Positions 9,546 to 18,503 of a stretch of DNA of 44,271 nucleotides are shown here, piece after piece. The notes under the pieces are model-generated. The model was not told the DNA's origin, did no database searches, and was given only the letters and a program-made list of their open reading frames with translations. How positions within the stretch are numbered: the stretch's first letter is position 1; every line of letters begins with the position of its first letter. A program made the position numbers and the translations under genes. The stretch lies in assembly GCA_031425655.1 (NCBI GenBank), contig JANPJS010000186.1, positions 1 through 44,271 on the forward strand, read 5' to 3'. Source of the stretch: Abditibacteriaceae bacterium. Its GTDB lineage: Bacteria; Armatimonadota; Abditibacteriia; Abditibacteriales; Abditibacteriaceae.

Positions 9546-11471
9546 CTAAGCCTCGGTTTTCAGGAGAATCCGCAAGTATTCCTGCAATTTTTCGGCAAGG
9601 GGCCGCGTCATGCCCGCGACTGCCGCGATTTCGTCCACGTCCGCTGCGCGCAGTTTTTGCAGACCGCCAAAATGCTCCAAAAGGGCGTTGCGGCGCGTGT
9701 CACCGATGCCGGGAATGTCGTCGAGCAGCGAATGCGTGGCCGCTTTGCCGCGCCGCTTGCGATGGTGCGTGATGGCGAAACGGTGCGCCTCGTCGCGGAT
9801 GCGCTGCAACAAATGCAGCGCCGGAGCATTGCGTGGCAACGCCAGAGCTTCTTTTCTGCCGGGCAGAAACACCAGTTCATGCTGCTTGGCCAAGCCGATA
9901 GTGGGAATGAATTCCAGCGTTTTTTCCTGCAAAACCGAAAGCGCGATGCCGAGTTGGCCTTTGCCGCCATCAATCACCATTAAATCGGGCAGCGGTAAAA
10001 ACTTCTCGTCGCCTTCAAGAGCGCGTTGGAAACGGCGGCGCAAAACCTCGCGCATCATCTCGAAATCGTTGGGTTCTGTCCCGCCCGTCAGTTCCAGCGT
10101 GTGCTTGATTGTGAAATGGCGATAACACTTTTTATCGGCCTTGCCTGCGGTGAAAACCACCATCGAACCGACGGAAAACGCGCCCTGCACCGTGGAAATG
10201 TCGAAACATTCGATGCGGCGCGGCGGAATTTCGAGGCTGAGATGCTTCGCTAAATCTCCGAGCACGTTGTCGTTGATTTGCTGCGCGGTCGCGTTGTAAG
10301 AAAGATGTTCGCGCAAAGCGAGTTCAGCGTTGCGGCGTGCCATTTCGATGACTTTTACTTTGTCGCCGCGTTGCGGGCGCCGAACGCCGACACGCCGCTT
10401 CGATTTGTCCGACAGCCATTCTTCAATCGCTTCGGCATCTTCCAAGTCGGCGGGCGTGAGCACTTCCTGGGGAACCGACACCGGGCCTTCGTAGTGCTGG
10501 CGCACAAAAACCGAGAGCACTTCGGCGTCGTCGCGGCCTTCGATGCTGGTTAGGAAAAAGTGTTGGTCGCCGATGAGCTTTCCGGCGCGCACGATTAAAG
10601 TCGTCACCGACGCGACGCCGGCTTCGATGAATAATCCCAGTGCATCGTAATCTTCGTTGGCGAGCGAAACCACTTGCTGGCTTTCGGTCACGCTGCGAAT
10701 CGCTTCGATTTGGTCGCGCAGTTTGGCGGCTTTTTCAAACTCCATATCCGCCGCGACTTCGTGCATTTTGGCCTGCAATTCCTTCAATAAATCTTCCGAA
10801 CGGCCTTCGAGGAAGTTTTTCAGAGCTTTGGCTTGCGCCTGATAAGTCGCGTCGTCTACAGCGCCGACGCACGGCCCGGTGCAGCGATTGATGTGATATT
10901 CAAGGCACGGCTTTTCGAGCTGCTGCGATGTGTCGCGCCACGGACAGCCGCCGCGCCGCGTGCCGGCAATCACAGCGCCGGTTCGCACTTTGAAAACGCG
11001 CTTGGCCAAGCTCACTGTTTGGCGCATCTTGCCGGCGCCGGCATACGGGCCGAAATACGTCGCTTTGTCGGGCTTGGGCGTGCGCGTTTCGAGCAGCGCC
11101 GGAAACTGCTCGTTGAGCGTGATTTTCAGATAGGGATAGCGTTTGTCGTCTTTAAGCCGGATGTTGTATTGCGGCTTGTGCATCTTGACGAGGTTGTTTT
11201 CGAGAATGAGGGCTTCTTTTTCCGTGCGCGTGACGATGGTTTCAAAGTCGGCGATGAGTTTCACCATCTTGCGCGAAAACGCCGAATGCCCGCCGTCCTT
11301 CGAGAAATACGAGCGCACGCGCGAGCGCAGGCTGCGCGCCTTGCCGATGTAGATGATTTTGCCCTCGGCGTTTTTATGCAAATACACGCCGGGCAACTCC
11401 GGCAGCGCGGCGAGCTTTTCTTCGAGCGAGGAATCGTGCGGATTATGAGAGGAAATTTGCGGCTCAGTCAT
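9546..11471 (-). CDS. uvrC: Excinuclease ABC subunit C
   Basis: GIY-YIG 'PGVYL...IYIGKARSLRSRVRSYF', 'RRIECFDIS', 'PDLMVIDGGKGQL', 'LQRIRDEAHRFAI', and HhH 'IPGIG'. Confidence 0.98.
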   Translation of the reverse strand: MTEPQISSHNPHDSSLEEKLAALPELPGVYLHKNAEGKIIYIGKARSLRSRVRSYFSKDGGHSAFSRKMVKLIADFETIVTRTEKEALILENNLVKMHKPQYNIRLKDDKRYPYLKITLNEQFPALLETRTPKPDKATYFGPYAGAGKMRQTVSLAKRVFKVRTGAVIAGTRRGGCPWRDTSQQLEKPCLEYHINRCTGPCVGAVDDATYQAQAKALKNFLEGRSEDLLKELQAKMHEVAADMEFEKAAKLRDQIEAIRSVTESQQVVSLANEDYDALGLFIEAGVASVTTLIVRAGKLIGDQHFFLTSIEGRDDAEVLSVFVRQHYEGPVSVPQEVLTPADLEDAEAIEEWLSDKSKRRVGVRRPQRGDKVKVIEMARRNAELALREHLSYNATAQQINDNVLGDLAKHLSLEIPPRRIECFDISTVQGAFSVGSMVVFTAGKADKKCYRHFTIKHTLELTGGTEPNDFEMMREVLRRRFQRALEGDEKFLPLPDLMVIDGGKGQLGIALSVLQEKTLEFIPTIGLAKQHELVFLPGRKEALALPRNAPALHLLQRIRDEAHRFAITHHRKRRGKAATHSLLDDIPGIGDTRRNALLEHFGGLQKLRAADVDEIAAVAGMTRPLAEKLQEYLRILLKTEA

Positions 11472-11492
11472 GCTTGGTAGTTTGATTTATTT
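11449..11492. repeat. Junction direct repeat, copy 1 (end of WD40 gene + spacer + uvrC start)
   Basis: GAGGAAATTTGCGGCTCAGTCATGCTTG(G/A)TAGTTTGATTTATTT recurs at 12601 and 13753. Confidence 0.95.
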
Positions 11493-12623
11493 GACGCGCC
11501 AAAAGGTGAGTGTGCCGTTTTCACCGCCCACGGCCAGAGTGTGGCCATCGGGCGAGAATGCGGCGGAATTTATGGCATCAGGGTTTTCGATCTTCCTTGT
11601 CGCTTGACGTGTGTTTAAGTCCCAGAACGTGATGGTCTTAATCTGAGCGAACTGATAACCACTTTGAAAAGTAGCCGCGCTCTGGCCATCCGGCGCGATG
11701 ATGAAGTTATTTATGTGTTCTCCTATGTTGAGAGCAATAACTCGATTGCCGGTATCAGTTCTCCAACCGCGAAGTTGAGTTGGCCCATCACCTGCGCCGA
11801 CGGCAAAAAGGAGCTTGCCATCAGGAGAAAACTCGAAACTGCCTCCTGCGTCGAGTTGGTGCCGTAACCGTCCGCTCTTCACGTCGAAAACTTGAAGGCC
11901 AAAACTTTCGTAATGAAAGTCGGCTTTTGATGTGCCGCGCCAATCCTCAAACTCCGTCGCCACTAAGTTCCCATCAGGCGACCAACGAGCCGTTGCCGGT
12001 ATGCCGGCGTTCTCTAAATCGGCTGCGTAAGGCGTTTTATCTTCTATCGTCAATGGAACTTCATGTGATCGAACGTTGGTGCTGAGCTGGACTATCAGGC
12101 TCGTGAACCGAAGTTGTTTTCTCCCGTGTGCGTGGCGTGGCTTTTCGTTGTGTCCCAGCGAGAATAAACGTGAGCCAGCAATATGAAAGTAGGGGCCGCA
12201 CGCGAAGCCTCGCTTTAGTCGGCCACTCGAAACGTCGAATGCACGGACGTAGTTGAAATCGCTGACTGACTTATTGCCCATGAACAACGTTTTTCCATCG
12301 GGCGCAAATTGAAGTTGGTTAGCCCTCGACGAGATACCTCGGAAGCCAGTTCCGAGACGCTTGGTAATAAAGCCCCCAATGCTGCTCACAATGACAAGCT
12401 TGTTACGACAAGTCGCGGCAACATGGCAATTGTCCGGCGCCCAAGCCAACGCGTTGACAAAACAGAGCTTGTCGGCAAGTTGAACCGTGCCTAACGGCAC
12501 CGAATCGCGCTCGTCATCTGCAAAAAGCGCGACAGGCAAAAGCGCGATGGGCAAAAGCGCGGCGAAAAGCCACAGCCAGCGACGGCGCGGCGGCTTGTGC
12601 GAGGAAATTTGCGGCTCAGTCAT
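11487..12623 (-). CDS. Membrane-anchored WD40/beta-propeller protein 1
   Basis: N-terminal anchor 'RRRWLWLFAALLPIALL', repeated 'FSPDG'/'WAPD' motifs, C-terminal 'AFSPDGHTLAVGGENGTLTFW'. Confidence 0.85.
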   Translation of the reverse strand: MTEPQISSHKPPRRRWLWLFAALLPIALLPVALFADDERDSVPLGTVQLADKLCFVNALAWAPDNCHVAATCRNKLVIVSSIGGFITKRLGTGFRGISSRANQLQFAPDGKTLFMGNKSVSDFNYVRAFDVSSGRLKRGFACGPYFHIAGSRLFSLGHNEKPRHAHGRKQLRFTSLIVQLSTNVRSHEVPLTIEDKTPYAADLENAGIPATARWSPDGNLVATEFEDWRGTSKADFHYESFGLQVFDVKSGRLRHQLDAGGSFEFSPDGKLLFAVGAGDGPTQLRGWRTDTGNRVIALNIGEHINNFIIAPDGQSAATFQSGYQFAQIKTITFWDLNTRQATRKIENPDAINSAAFSPDGHTLAVGGENGTLTFWRVK

Positions 12624-12644
12624 GCTTGATAGTTTGATTTATTT
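12549..12644. repeat. Junction direct repeat, copy 2 (extended to include the anchor-coding segment)
   Basis: Near-identical to 13701-13796; the core matches 11449-11492. Confidence 0.95.
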
Positions 12645-13775
12645 GAGGCGGTAGAGGGTGATTGTGCGTTCGCCATCGAAAGCGGCAAGTGTGGAGCCGC
12701 TCGGTGAAAAGGAGAGAAACTGTGCTTTGTGATGCGCTTTAAGAGTCCTTTTTATCTGTCCCGTTTGTAGATTCCAAATATGCCCGTTATGCCCTTCCAT
12801 GATCGCGAACCATTTTGCATCAGGGGAGAATGCCATAATAAAATTCCCTTCGCAGGACGGTAGCGTCCAAGTCAGCATGGCGGTTCCGCTATGAACATCC
12901 CATACGCGCATTGTCCTTATACTTTTTCCGATGATTGTGCTGCTCAGAGTGGCGACTTTTCGACCATCATCTGAACAAAGCAAAAAGCCAATGGATTCAT
13001 TTACGAAGTTAATATTGTGTAAATGCCGCCCACTGCGCGCGTTAAAAATCAACAGTTGGTCGTGAAAATTGGTTTTTGGCTCCATGGCTGCGACGGCTCC
13101 GATGTGGCCGGTAGCGGAAATGCTTAGAATGGGCGGGGAAAAGAAAAATTGGTAGCCGGTATCCCAAACGCAGGAAAACCAGCGTCCCTTTGGTGAAATG
13201 ACCCGAACGCTTCGCTTAACTTTGACGGTAGGAATCTCCGTGAAATCAATCTTCAAATACTCAGGGGTATTGGCCGCTTTACGTGTCGCTTTGCAATCCA
13301 CCAATTCCATTCCGCGTAGATGAACGAGTTTTGCCTCTCCCAAATCAATGGATTCAGCTCTTGATCCTCGGCGCAAGTCAACTAATGTGTTCTCTCCACC
13401 GTTGTTGGAGCAAATGCCGGATTGTGCCTGCGGTGAAAACATTTCAATAGGGCCACCACAGGCGCCGGGTGATTTATATTTCGCTATTGCGTTGAACGCA
13501 CCTGTGGACACGTCCCATTCAATCAGTTTGTATCCATTGCTTGTCCCTTGGTTGACCAACTGTTCCAAGACCGACAACGTCGTTTCGTCTTTCCAACCGG
13601 TGAGCAAATAAGGAAACGGTTGGCGAGCCGATGGCGTCGGCAGATACTTTTCACGCGGCTGCCATGACCGCTTCTCGGCAATCACCGCGTAAAGTGCGAC
13701 GGGCAAAAGCGCGGCGAAAAGCCACGGCCAGCGGCGGCGCGGCGGCTTGCGCGAGGAAATTTGCGGCTCAGTCAT
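12639..13775 (-). CDS. Membrane-anchored WD40/beta-propeller protein 2
   Basis: Shared N-terminus 'MTEPQISSRKPPRRRWPWLFAALLP'; 'VWDVHSG', 'AFSPD', 'SFSPSGSTLAAFD'. Confidence 0.85.
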   Translation of the reverse strand: MTEPQISSRKPPRRRWPWLFAALLPVALYAVIAEKRSWQPREKYLPTPSARQPFPYLLTGWKDETTLSVLEQLVNQGTSNGYKLIEWDVSTGAFNAIAKYKSPGACGGPIEMFSPQAQSGICSNNGGENTLVDLRRGSRAESIDLGEAKLVHLRGMELVDCKATRKAANTPEYLKIDFTEIPTVKVKRSVRVISPKGRWFSCVWDTGYQFFFSPPILSISATGHIGAVAAMEPKTNFHDQLLIFNARSGRHLHNINFVNESIGFLLCSDDGRKVATLSSTIIGKSIRTMRVWDVHSGTAMLTWTLPSCEGNFIMAFSPDAKWFAIMEGHNGHIWNLQTGQIKRTLKAHHKAQFLSFSPSGSTLAAFDGERTITLYRLK

Positions 13776-13796
13776 GCTTGATAGTTTGATTTATTT
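13701..13796. repeat. Junction direct repeat, copy 3
   Basis: Near-identical to 12549-12644. Confidence 0.95.
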
Positions 13797-14909
13797 CAGG
13801 CGCCAGAGGGTGAGCGTGCGATGCTTGTCGAACGCGGCCAGTGTATGACCATCTGGCGAAAATGAGAGAGATAAATGATAATCGTAGTCGGTGGGCATTG
13901 GAGCCTGTATTATTTGGAGGCGCTGGCTTGTCCGAACATCCCATATAGAACCAGTCATGCCATGCAGTGCAGCAAACCGCTTGGAATCAGGAGAGAATGC
14001 AATTGACAATGGCCGGTCTTTGGTGTTGCCAGTCCACTTTATGATGAGTTTTCCATTGCGAGTGTTCCAAACGGAAACCGTGTTATTGTTCGCTCCACTC
14101 GTAGGTTGATAGGTGACGCTCACCGTAGAGCCATCCGGCGAACAGAGGATTTGATAAATGTCTTCGTCGGGGAACTGTAAGCGGCGTAGTGTTTTTCCGG
14201 TTCGCGCATCAAAGATTTGCAAACCGTCGCGGTGACTCGTTCCTCGAATCAAAGTTGATACCGCACCTACCCTCTTGTCGGCTGATATGTCAACGAGTGG
14301 AGGATCGTAGGTTTTTTCTCCGACGGAGCAAGAAAAACAGCGTCCAGTAGGAGCTTTCAAGCCTATGGTGCGTTTTACCGTAGCCGATATGGTGTCAGTA
14401 AACGCAATGCTTAGGGCACTCGGTTTATTGTTTCGCACCTCATCGTCTGTGCAGCCTGCCAATACTCGACCGCGCAAAGCTATCGGACGCTCCCATTCTA
14501 AGTCCACCCACTCGTGAGTTTTTAAATTGACCAAAGAGTATTGGGCCTCGTTGATTGTGTAAGTAGCGATTTTCGTCTCAGGCGAAAAGAGTTGGATACT
14601 TCCGGTTCCGCCACCTGGGTAAGTTGGTTCTTTGAATCGCGTGATGGACTTGACCTCACCCGTTTGCACATCCCATTCACGCTGAGTAAAAGTCCCCGGC
14701 GACAATTTCTCTTGTGGAAAAGTAAGAAGCCAAAGGTGAGAATTATCTTTCCAACCGAAAAGATGATGGGGCGCAGTTGCCCCCTTGTGAATTGGAAAAA
14801 TGATTTGGCGTGGTTTTGTGGAGCCGGACTTTTTCGACGCGCTGCAAAGCGCGATGGGCAAAAGCGCGGCGCAAAGCCACAGCCAGCGGCGGCGAAAATG
14901 CGGTTTTAT
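13791..14909 (-). CDS. WD40/beta-propeller protein 3; the expected ATG start reads ATA (alternative TTG at 14861)
   Basis: The frame extends to ATA AAA CCG CAT TTT CGC CGC CGC TGG (xKPHFRRRWLWLCAALLPIAL) at 14909. WD motifs 'WDVQTG', 'IFDARTG', 'AFSPDS', 'SFSPDGHTLAAFD'. Confidence 0.7.
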   Translation of the reverse strand: MKPHFRRRWLWLCAALLPIALCSASKKSGSTKPRQIIFPIHKGATAPHHLFGWKDNSHLWLLTFPQEKLSPGTFTQREWDVQTGEVKSITRFKEPTYPGGGTGSIQLFSPETKIATYTINEAQYSLVNLKTHEWVDLEWERPIALRGRVLAGCTDDEVRNNKPSALSIAFTDTISATVKRTIGLKAPTGRCFSCSVGEKTYDPPLVDISADKRVGAVSTLIRGTSHRDGLQIFDARTGKTLRRLQFPDEDIYQILCSPDGSTVSVTYQPTSGANNNTVSVWNTRNGKLIIKWTGNTKDRPLSIAFSPDSKRFAALHGMTGSIWDVRTSQRLQIIQAPMPTDYDYHLSLSFSPDGHTLAAFDKHRTLTLWRLK

Positions 14910-14914
14910 GGCGA
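14857..14914. repeat. 58-bp direct repeat flanking the TA module (partner at 15608-15665)
   Basis: GGCAAAAGCGCGGCG(C/A)AAAGCCACAGCCAGCGGCGGCGAAAATGCGGTTT(T/C)ATGGCGA, with 2 mismatches between the copies. Confidence 0.92.
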
Positions 14915-15328
14915 CGGCACTCGCATCAAAGCCGTGAAACCCATTTGCCGGTAATGGTCATCGGTTGTCAGAGCCGCAACAATGCCGCGCTCTTGCATGA
15001 CGACGAAGGAGACACAGTCAATCAAGCCCCATTCTTTATCGGGCCGATCCCGAAACAGCGTAAAAGCCTGCTGATAAAGCGATTCGGAGAAAGGAACAAT
15101 TTCCACGCCGGGGTCGGCTTCCAACGATTGCAACAGGCTCACGGCAGCGTGGCGGAATCGCTGTTTTGACAAAGCGTTGCCGATTTCCAGCATGATCGCG
15201 CGCGTTGTCACCAGACGCGACTGCGCGGCTTCCAATTCATCGGCGAGTCGCAGAGCTACCGCGTGGAGATGGTCGTTCGGAGACGACAAGGCAATAGCAT
15301 ACGCGGTGTCCAAGAAAATCTCAGCCAT
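14906..15328 (-). CDS. vapC: VapC-family PIN-domain toxin
   Basis: 'IFLDTAYAIAL...D.LH...E.GNAL...WGLIDCVSFVVM...ALTTDDHY'. The start overlaps the antitoxin stop. Confidence 0.88.
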   Translation of the reverse strand: MAEIFLDTAYAIALSSPNDHLHAVALRLADELEAAQSRLVTTRAIMLEIGNALSKQRFRHAAVSLLQSLEADPGVEIVPFSESLYQQAFTLFRDRPDKEWGLIDCVSFVVMQERGIVAALTTDDHYRQMGFTALMRVPSP

Positions 15329-15554
15329 CGCTCTGCGCCTTGTCACCGTAAAGATAAGCGTCCAGATTGGTTGACCAATCCGGCGGGCCGTCGAGTTTGA
15401 GTGCGCGTGCCGTCCGTAGAAACGACGTTGTTTCCGGCGCACTCTGCGGCATGGTTTCCACAACCAAACGAACACGAGTGTTCGGTTCGAGTGCCAACGG
15501 CTCATCGGGATGCAACACCGTTCCATCAAACACAGCTTCCAAGATTTGAACCAT
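15321..15554 (-). CDS. Antitoxin (DUF104/AF2212-like)
   Basis: 'MVQILEAVFDGTVLHPDEPLALEPNTRVRLVV...PPDWSTNLDAYLYG', directly upstream of the PIN gene, with RBS GGGAG. Confidence 0.8.
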   Translation of the reverse strand: MVQILEAVFDGTVLHPDEPLALEPNTRVRLVVETMPQSAPETTSFLRTARALKLDGPPDWSTNLDAYLYGDKAQSDG

Positions 15555-15607
15555 GTGAATCTCCCTTTGCCTAAAGTGTATCAATGCAAGAGCGTTTCCC
15601 CGCAACC

Positions 15608-15665
15608 GGCAAAAGCGCGGCGAAAAGCCACAGCCAGCGGCGGCGAAAATGCGGTTTCATGGCGA
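15608..15665. repeat. 58-bp direct repeat carrying the original ATG of the WD40 gene 5' end (29-aa stub MKPHFRRRWLWLFAALLPVAGKRSCIDTL*)
   Basis: Copy of 14857-14914 with ATG at 15660; the reading frame hits TAG soon after the repeat. Confidence 0.85.
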
Positions 15666-15672
15666 TTAATCA

Positions 15673-15777
15673 CCCCATTGAAATGGGGCGCTATTGTTAC
15701 GAAGTCCGCCGGCGCGGACTAGATGTTGAGTCCGCGCAGGCGGACTTCGTAATCGTAGACCCCGAATTTATTCGGGG
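15673..15777. repeat. REP-like palindrome cluster
   Basis: CCCCATTGAAATGGGG; TTACGAAGTCCGCC..CGCGGACT ... AGTCCGCG..GGCGGACTTCGTAA; GTAG-ACCCCGAATTTATTCGGGG (GTAG is the classic REP tetranucleotide). Confidence 0.7.
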
Positions 15778-15793
15778 GAAATACGCGTGAATG

Positions 15794-16762
15794 TTATTTG
15801 GCCGGTGCCGGTTTGGGCTGTTCGGAGCCGGTGCTTGTGGTTTTCGGCGCCGGGTCGGTGGCGCCGGTGAAATCGTTGGCGATAGTTTGAATCGCGTCCG
15901 CCGGCAGCATTTCGCCGGCTGCGACGACGAAGCGATATTTGAAGGTAGACGATTCGCCGCCTTTGATTTTCGCCATCGGGAAGGCGCCGAAGCGGCCATA
16001 ATCGCGGTAGGCCGACCAGCGCGTGTCTTTCGGGTTCGTCGGGTGGTTGATGTGCAGCACGCTGTAGTTCGCGTTGTTCAGCGAGAAGGTTTCGCCGACC
16101 CACGGATAATCTTTGTCGGCGTGCGGCTTGGCGCCTTCTTTGGGATAAATGTAGGTAGTTTTCTTGGTGTCCACTTCGTTAGCCGGGCGGAAATGGATGC
16201 CGGCGTGTTCGGGGTCGCCGTTCAATTCTACGTCAACCGTCGGGGCGATTTTCGAGGAGAAATCAATTTGCACATAAGCGGGCGCCGGGGCTTTGCGGAA
16301 GGTCAGGGTGCGCTCTTCGACGATGAAAGGCGCGCCCTTCTCATCGTTCCAGTTCACCTGAGAAGTAATCGTCGCGTGTGTCGCGTCGGCTTCCTGTGTC
16401 AGGAATTTTTGATGCACTTGCTCGCCGCCGGTCATGTGCCAGCGGTCGAGCGTTTTGTCTTTTCCGGCCACGGTAATCTTGTTCCAGCCGATGTAAATGC
16501 CGCGATGGTGCGTGAACTGTCCGCCGGGGCCTTTAGTAATCGGCGCTTTGCCTTCGGCGTCGAAAATATGCAGATACGGCTTGTAGGTTTCGGTCAGCTT
16601 TTCTTTGCTGGACTTGTCGTAAGCATACATATAACGCCCGACAATTTTGCCGTCCTGCAAAATATCCATGTGCTGGCCGGGCGTGTCTTGCAGCGCGAAA
16701 TCGGCGTGGGCGGTGCCCGCGAAGACGACGGCGGCGCATAAAAGTGAAGTGAATTTTTTCAT
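15794..16762 (-). CDS. Secreted 'PmoA-family'/DUF6807-like protein
   Basis: Signal peptide; 'KPYLHIF...HHRGIYIGW...NHPTNP...WSAYRDYGRFGAFP'. Confidence 0.7.
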   Translation of the reverse strand: MKKFTSLLCAAVVFAGTAHADFALQDTPGQHMDILQDGKIVGRYMYAYDKSSKEKLTETYKPYLHIFDAEGKAPITKGPGGQFTHHRGIYIGWNKITVAGKDKTLDRWHMTGGEQVHQKFLTQEADATHATITSQVNWNDEKGAPFIVEERTLTFRKAPAPAYVQIDFSSKIAPTVDVELNGDPEHAGIHFRPANEVDTKKTTYIYPKEGAKPHADKDYPWVGETFSLNNANYSVLHINHPTNPKDTRWSAYRDYGRFGAFPMAKIKGGESSTFKYRFVVAAGEMLPADAIQTIANDFTGATDPAPKTTSTGSEQPKPAPAK

Positions 16763-16804
16763 GGAAATCTATGACATCGCGGGCGTGCGATGGTCGTGTT
16801 CTTA

Positions 16805-16988
16805 GAGCCTGTGCATAAAAAGAGTTATTGCAAGAGGAAACGGCCCCGGCAAAAAATGGCTTGGCAAAAAATAGCGAAAGGAAGGAGCCTTCACCAGCGC
16901 AAAGCCACTTCGCCGGCTATTTTTTGCCAAGCCATTTTTTGCCATTTAACAGCAACGCTCTCTATCTACTCTCTTTGAGCACTGACTC
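16805..16988. mobile_element. MITE-like element with TTA target duplication
   Basis: TTA-GAGCCTGTGCATAAAAAGAG ... CTCTCTTTGAGCACTGACTC-TTA, with a long internal IR GGCAAAAAATGGCTTGGCAAAAAATAGC / GCTATTTTTTGCCAAGCCATTTTTTGCC. Confidence 0.6.
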
Positions 16989-16994
16989 TTAAAC

Positions 16995-17029
16995 AAACAG
17001 CCGGCGCTTCAATGAGCGCCGGCTGTTTG
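16995..17029 (-). terminator. Intrinsic terminator after the HD-GYP gene
   Basis: AAACAGCCGGCGCT-TCAATG-AGCGCCGGCTGTTT. Confidence 0.7.
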
Positions 17030-17046
17030 CGTTTTGGAGAACCAAA

Positions 17047-18387
17047 TTAAGCGGCCAGCGCTGCTTTGGAAGTTTCGCTCATCACGATTTGTTCCAGCAC
17101 TTCGACGACATCGGGGTCGAACTGGCTGCCGGCGCAGCGTTGCAGTTCGCTCACAGCCACACCGGTCGTCCACGACTCGCGGTAAGGGCGAATCGAAGTC
17201 ATGGCGTCGAAAGCGTCTACCACGCCGATGATGCGCGACGACAGAGAAATTTCATTGCCCGACTGGCCGTCGGGATAGCCGGAGCCGTCCAAACGTTCGT
17301 GGTGATGAAGCACAATCGGCGCGATGTTTTGCAGCGAAGGCACGCGCTTGATGATGTCGCTGCCGATGGCCGAATGTTTCTGAATAATCACGAACTCTTC
17401 GGGCGAAAGCTTGCCGGGCTTGAGCAAAATGCCGTCGGGAATGCCGATCTTGCCGACATCGTGGAGCAGCGCGGCGTATTGCATTTCTTCTAAGGCGCCG
17501 TCTTTGATGCCCAAGCGCCGGGCCACTTCGACCGCGATGCGCGACACACTTTCGCAGTGCCCGCGCGTGTAAGGGTCTTTGGCTTCGATGGCGTCGGCCA
17601 GAACCGCAATGGTCGAGCGAAAAGAGTCTCCCAGCGCACAATGCAAACGTTGATTTTCGAGCGCGATCCCTGCGTGCCGCCCGATAGAGAGCAAGATTTC
17701 CATGTCATCGTCCGTGTAAGGGCCGGAGCGTTTATTGGCTACAAGTAGCACTCCGGTCAAATTTCCCCTGACGACGACAGGAGCGCACGCGATGTTCACA
17801 AGAGCACTGCCGTCGGGCAAAGCCGATGGGTCGTTGCACTCGATAGAGTCTTCTTCGCGCGCGGCGCGCCTGGTAAATTCGTAAAGCGCTTGGGCCACGA
17901 AGTCCGGCATATTGTCCAAGCCGATGGCGCTGACGGTATTTTCGCCCAGCGGCCCGGTGAACAGCGCGGCTTCCGATTCGGTCAGGCTCATGCCGATGCG
18001 CGCCAGCAAAGTCGGCAAATCTTCGGCGCGCAAATCACGATAAACCTCCAATAATTCACCGCGCAGGCCTCGTTCACGCTCGCTTTGCCGCGCCATTTTT
18101 GCGGTCGCAGCCGCTAAGGCTGCGGCGCGCTGCTCGCAGTCGGAGCGCCAGCGGTCGCAATCGCCGCGCACCATATCGCGCTCGATTTCGGCTTGGTGCA
18201 GCGCGGCCTGCATGGCGTCGCGCTCGGTTTGAAAGTGGTGGCTTTGCGCCGTCGCACGCGCCAACTCGTCGCGCAAGCGCGCGAGATCGCTTTGCATGAC
18301 AATAACGGCGTGGCGTGCTGCGTCCAGCGATTGCAACGCGGTTTCGCCGTTAATTTCAGCGCCGTCTTGGGGAGAAAAATCGTTCAT
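17047..18387 (-). CDS. Coiled-coil + GAF + HD-GYP cyclic-dinucleotide phosphodiesterase
   Basis: 'AKDPYTRGHC', 'LLHDVGKIGIPD', 'HHHERLDGSGYPDG', 'DAFDAMTSIRPYR'. The start is placed at ATG 18387 after GAGGTG. Confidence 0.92.
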   Translation of the reverse strand: MNDFSPQDGAEINGETALQSLDAARHAVIVMQSDLARLRDELARATAQSHHFQTERDAMQAALHQAEIERDMVRGDCDRWRSDCEQRAAALAAATAKMARQSERERGLRGELLEVYRDLRAEDLPTLLARIGMSLTESEAALFTGPLGENTVSAIGLDNMPDFVAQALYEFTRRAAREEDSIECNDPSALPDGSALVNIACAPVVVRGNLTGVLLVANKRSGPYTDDDMEILLSIGRHAGIALENQRLHCALGDSFRSTIAVLADAIEAKDPYTRGHCESVSRIAVEVARRLGIKDGALEEMQYAALLHDVGKIGIPDGILLKPGKLSPEEFVIIQKHSAIGSDIIKRVPSLQNIAPIVLHHHERLDGSGYPDGQSGNEISLSSRIIGVVDAFDAMTSIRPYRESWTTGVAVSELQRCAGSQFDPDVVEVLEQIVMSETSKAALAA

Positions 18388-18503
18388 GCGACAACACCTC
18401 GAAAAGTAGTGGAGGTCGGCCATAGCAGGCGCCGTGCCGCCGCAAAGCGTAAAAGGCAATTATTGCAACACGAAAAGAGTAATTGTCGCAATGCGGACAA
18501 AAA

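Noticed and set aside
11449..13796. CRISPR or diversity-generating retroelement interpretation of the repeats
   Set aside because: The spacers are whole 1.1-kb genes; there is no cas or reverse transcriptase gene, and no adenine-specific TR/VR pair was seen.
15791..16741. 316-aa plus-strand ORF
   Set aside because: Mirror of the secreted protein on the minus strand.
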